From an uncultured Chloroflexia bacterium (lineage in GTDB: Bacteria > Chloroflexota > Limnocylindria > Limnocylindrales > CSP1-4): a stretch of 64,000 nt of DNA. Position numbers and translations under genes: made by a program. A model generated the notes under the pieces. The model was not told the origin of the DNA, did no database searches, and saw nothing but the letters and a program-made list of their open reading frames with translations. Location of the stretch: the NCBI GenBank assembly GCA_963763075.1, contig CAVXNF010000006.1:1278-65277 (forward strand), given 5' to 3'. The stretch's first letter is position 1, and each line of letters starts with the position of its first letter. This document shows, piece by piece, positions 60,942 through 64,000 of this stretch.

Positions 60942-63786
60942 CTACTTGAGCGGCAGCTTGACGGCGCTCGAGTTCGACCCGCCGAGCGAGTCCTTCGCCT
61001 TGACCTTGAGGGTCAGCGTGCCGGTGCCGGCCGACGTCTTCGGCGTCAGCTTCGCGGTCCAGGTCGTCGAGCTCGCCTTCGTCATCGTCACCTTGCGGTA
61101 GGGGAGGCCGGGCTCGTAGATGACGAGGACCGGCGTCGTGGACAGCGTCTCGGTCGTGCGGGCGGTGATCGTGAGCGACTTGCCGCGGACGGCCGTCGTG
61201 ACCGAGGTCGTGAGCTTGAAGGCGTCCGCGAGCACCCAGACGGACTGGCTCGTCCGCTGCTCGCCGTTCGTCGAGCGGACCACGATCCGGTAGCGGCCGC
61301 GCGGGGCGAACGTGCCGTCGTCGCGCTTCCCGTTCCAGCGCCATGCGGCGGCACCGGCCGGGAGGGCCTTGTCGGTGTAGGCGGTGCGCACGACGGCGCC
61401 TGCCTCGTCGCGCACGTCGACCGTCACCGTCGCGGCTGCCCGCATCGTCCAGGTGACCTTCGTCGACGGGATCAGCGTGTCGGCGTCCTGCGGGAAGAAC
61501 TGGGCCGGCGTGCGGGCCACGGCCGCCAGGGCGCCGTAGACGTCGACCGTGACCGGGGCTCCCGGGTCACCCGCATTGCCCGCGGTATCCGTGGGCGTGA
61601 GGGTCACCGTGTAGCGGCCGTCCGGCAGGACCTTGCCCGCGCCGTCGCGCCCGTTCCAGTCGACGGTCCGGTCGCCGCCGGCCACGTTCGTCTTGAACGT
61701 GCGGATGACGGTCCCGTCGACCTTGGCGACCGTCGCGGCCACCGTCGATGCCTCGGACAGGGAGAAGGGGATCGCGACGGTGTCCGTGACGCCATCGCCG
61801 TTCGGGGTCACCGTGCGCGGCTGCTCGCCCTCGACCGGCTCCGGCGTGACGAGCTCCGGCGCGACCGTGTCGATCGCGAACGTGAACGACTTGGTCATCG
61901 CGTTGCCGGCGACGTCCTTGGCGCCGAACGTGACGGTGTGGCCACCCTCGCCGTCGACGACGAGCGAGGCGGTCGTGAGCGGCTGCGGATCGCCGCCGTC
62001 CACCGCGACCGTCTTCGACGCGACGCCCGAGCTCGGGTCGTCGAACGTGGGCTTGACGGTGACCGGGCCGCGGAACATGCCGGCGGTCGTGCCAGCGGCG
62101 CCGTCGTACGCGACCGCGACCGTCGGGGCCTTGGTGTCGATCTTGAACGTGATCGACTTCCACGCCTCGCGGACGCCCGCCTTGTCGACGGCGCGGTACT
62201 GGAACTCGCGGACGCCGTTCGCGGTGAGCGTGGCGACGGTGTCGTACGCGTAGACGTCGCCCTCGTTGACGCGCCAGCTGATCGACTTGACGCCGGACAT
62301 CTTGTCGGTCGCGGTGAGCGTGACCTTGACCGGCGACACGATCCAGCCGTTCGCGCCGGCGGTGGAGGCGGGGACGGCCTTGGTCACGGGCGGCGTCCCG
62401 TCGACCGTGAACGAGCCGGTCTTGTACGCCGTCGCGTTGCCCCACGCGTCCTTGCCCCGGAGCGCCCACGTGTAGACGCCGTCGGGGACGAGCGAGCCGT
62501 GCGTCCGTGCGCAGGTCCCAGGTGAACCGGATGATGTCGCCGCTCGCGCTGTCCGAGTTGACGACCGTGCCGGCCGCGTTCTTGATGACGTAGTTCGCCG
62601 TGACCGATTCCGAGAACCGCGGCGTCAGGACGACCTCGTCGTACAGGCCGTCGTCGTTGGGCGACAGCCAGGACGCGCTCTGGTCGAACGCCCGGAACAC
62701 GGTCGCGGCGCTGTCGCGCGGCGCGATCCCCGTCGCGCGCACGAACCCGGTCGTGGAGCCGCCGAGCACCGTCGCGCGGAGGATCCGCGTCCCGTCGAGC
62801 GCCGGCGTGGCCTCGGCGTCGACCCGCAGGCGGGTCGTGAGGGGGAGCGTGGTGGACGACGTCGCGAGCGGGTCCGCGGCAGCCTCGGCCGTCGCGAACA
62901 GCGGCGCGCCCTCGGTCGCGGTGACCTCGGCGGCGCCGGGCAGCACGAAGTCCGCGGGGTGCGCGCCGGTGTTCGGGTAGGCCGTCCGGGTCACCTTGGA
63001 GGCGGTGAGCGACAGGTCGCCGATGAGCGAGCGGTAGAAGCCCGACGGCGTGGAGGTGTCCGTGTCGAGCTGGTACTGGACGCCCGGCGTCCGCTGTGAC
63101 GCGTAGGGGCCGTAGAGGTTGTCGTTCCAGGTGGGGACGGTGCGGAAGATCGTCGCCATCGAGCGGTCGGTGGTGAACAGCTGGCGCATGTAGCTGATCG
63201 CGGGGTGCGACGGATGGCCCTCGGCGAACACGGCCCGCGCGCCCGCACCGATGAACCCGGCGCCGTAGTTGTCGACGCGCTCCTTGGCCTGCGCGAAGGT
63301 GCCCTGCGACAGCCCGGGCTCGGTGTTGCCGGACGCGTAGCAGAGGTGGTACAGCAGGACGACCGAGCTCGGGGCGAGGCGGATGTTGTCCCGGATGTAC
63401 TGCTCGCCGTAGTAGACGGTCTTGCTGCCGTCCGCGCCGGTCGACGGGTCGAGGCCGAGGCCGTCCTTCGTCTGCATCTGGAACGGCGCGTAGATGCTGG
63501 GCCAGCCGTTGCCGTGGCCGAGGTACACGAACACGTTCGCGCCCTGCGCCGCGGCCTTGACCTTCGCCCAGGTCGCGTTCGGCGTGAAGATCTTGGTGAC
63601 GTTGCTCGTGTAGCGCTTCGCCTCGGTGACGATGTCGTTCGCGTCGTCCTTGTAGTGCGCGTTGTGGCTGCCGACAGGCCCCACCACGACCACGACCTTC
63701 GCCTGCGTGGCCGCCGCGACGGGCGTGACCGGGAGGACGAGCGCCGCGAGCAGGGCGACGAGAACGGCGGCGAGGGCGCGATGCAC
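60942..63786 (-). CDS. Large secreted surface protein: His/Cys (clan CD-like) domain + SH3-like region + OmpL47-type and FlgD-like Ig domains (frameshift near 62500)
   Basis: AGGAG SD and GTG 63786; signal peptide; YLGHG, YHLCYASG; repeated SPN.DG..D....WNG...DG.Y Ig modules. Confidence 0.75.
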
Positions 63787-64000
63787 CAGGTGGGCTCCTG
63801 CAGGGCGGAAGGGACGACGCTCCACCGATCCTCGCGGTCCCGCACGCTCGCGCAACATCCCGTGAAGGTCCCAGACCGCACCAGTCCCATCGTCCGGGCG
63901 GTGCCGCGCCGCGCTCGGGCGCCAGGCTGCGCGGACGATGGGCTCCCTCGACCGCCACGCCGCCGCGTTCGGGCCGTGCGCACGCTTCTCGCGGCGCACG

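Noticed and set aside
1-64000. tRNA, rRNA, CRISPR array, IS, integrase or prophage genes
   Set aside because: No cloverleaf/TTCGA+CCA pattern, repeat-spacer array, or transposase/integrase motif recognised by eye.

Overview
High-GC bacterial chromosomal window. A monoderm-type gene set and a short EF-Ts suggest Chloroflexota, possibly Ca. Limnocylindria/Ellin6529-like (inference only). The backbone is the conserved translation/RNA-metabolism superoperon: rplS, rnhB, yraN, rpsB-tsf-pyrH-frr-uppS-cdsA-dxr-rseP-ispG, nusA-ylxR-infB-rbfA-nrnA-truB-ribF, rpsO-pnp, then asd-udg-rnj-ftsK-rodZ-cinA-murC-yajQ. An ~11.4 kb accessory block sits between ribF and rpsO. It holds a xylose-type ABC transporter, a ROK repressor, a Gfo/Idh/MocA oxidoreductase, a vanadium-haloperoxidase-like gene, a CRTAC1/UnbV-like gene and an M24-like gene. 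The right end (52-64 kb) is a cluster of exported or surface proteins. Many genes, including essential ones, are broken by single-base indels, most consistent with long-read consensus errors, so their coordinates are reconstructed and approximate. No tRNA, rRNA, CRISPR array, transposase or integrase was recognised. The top finding is a PNPase in one uninterrupted 861-aa ORF carrying a complete DEDDh 3'-5' exonuclease domain where the alpha-helical domain normally lies. Other notable items: beta-clamp-like motifs on RNase HII and UDG, a kinase-degenerate RibF, a membrane-anchored VHPO-CRTAC1 module with a chimeric paralog junction, an unannotated 36-aa membrane peptide divergent from a LysR gene, a secreted two-domain cyanophycinase-like protein, a large surface protein with a clan CD-like His/Cys domain, and several leaderless-type promoters.
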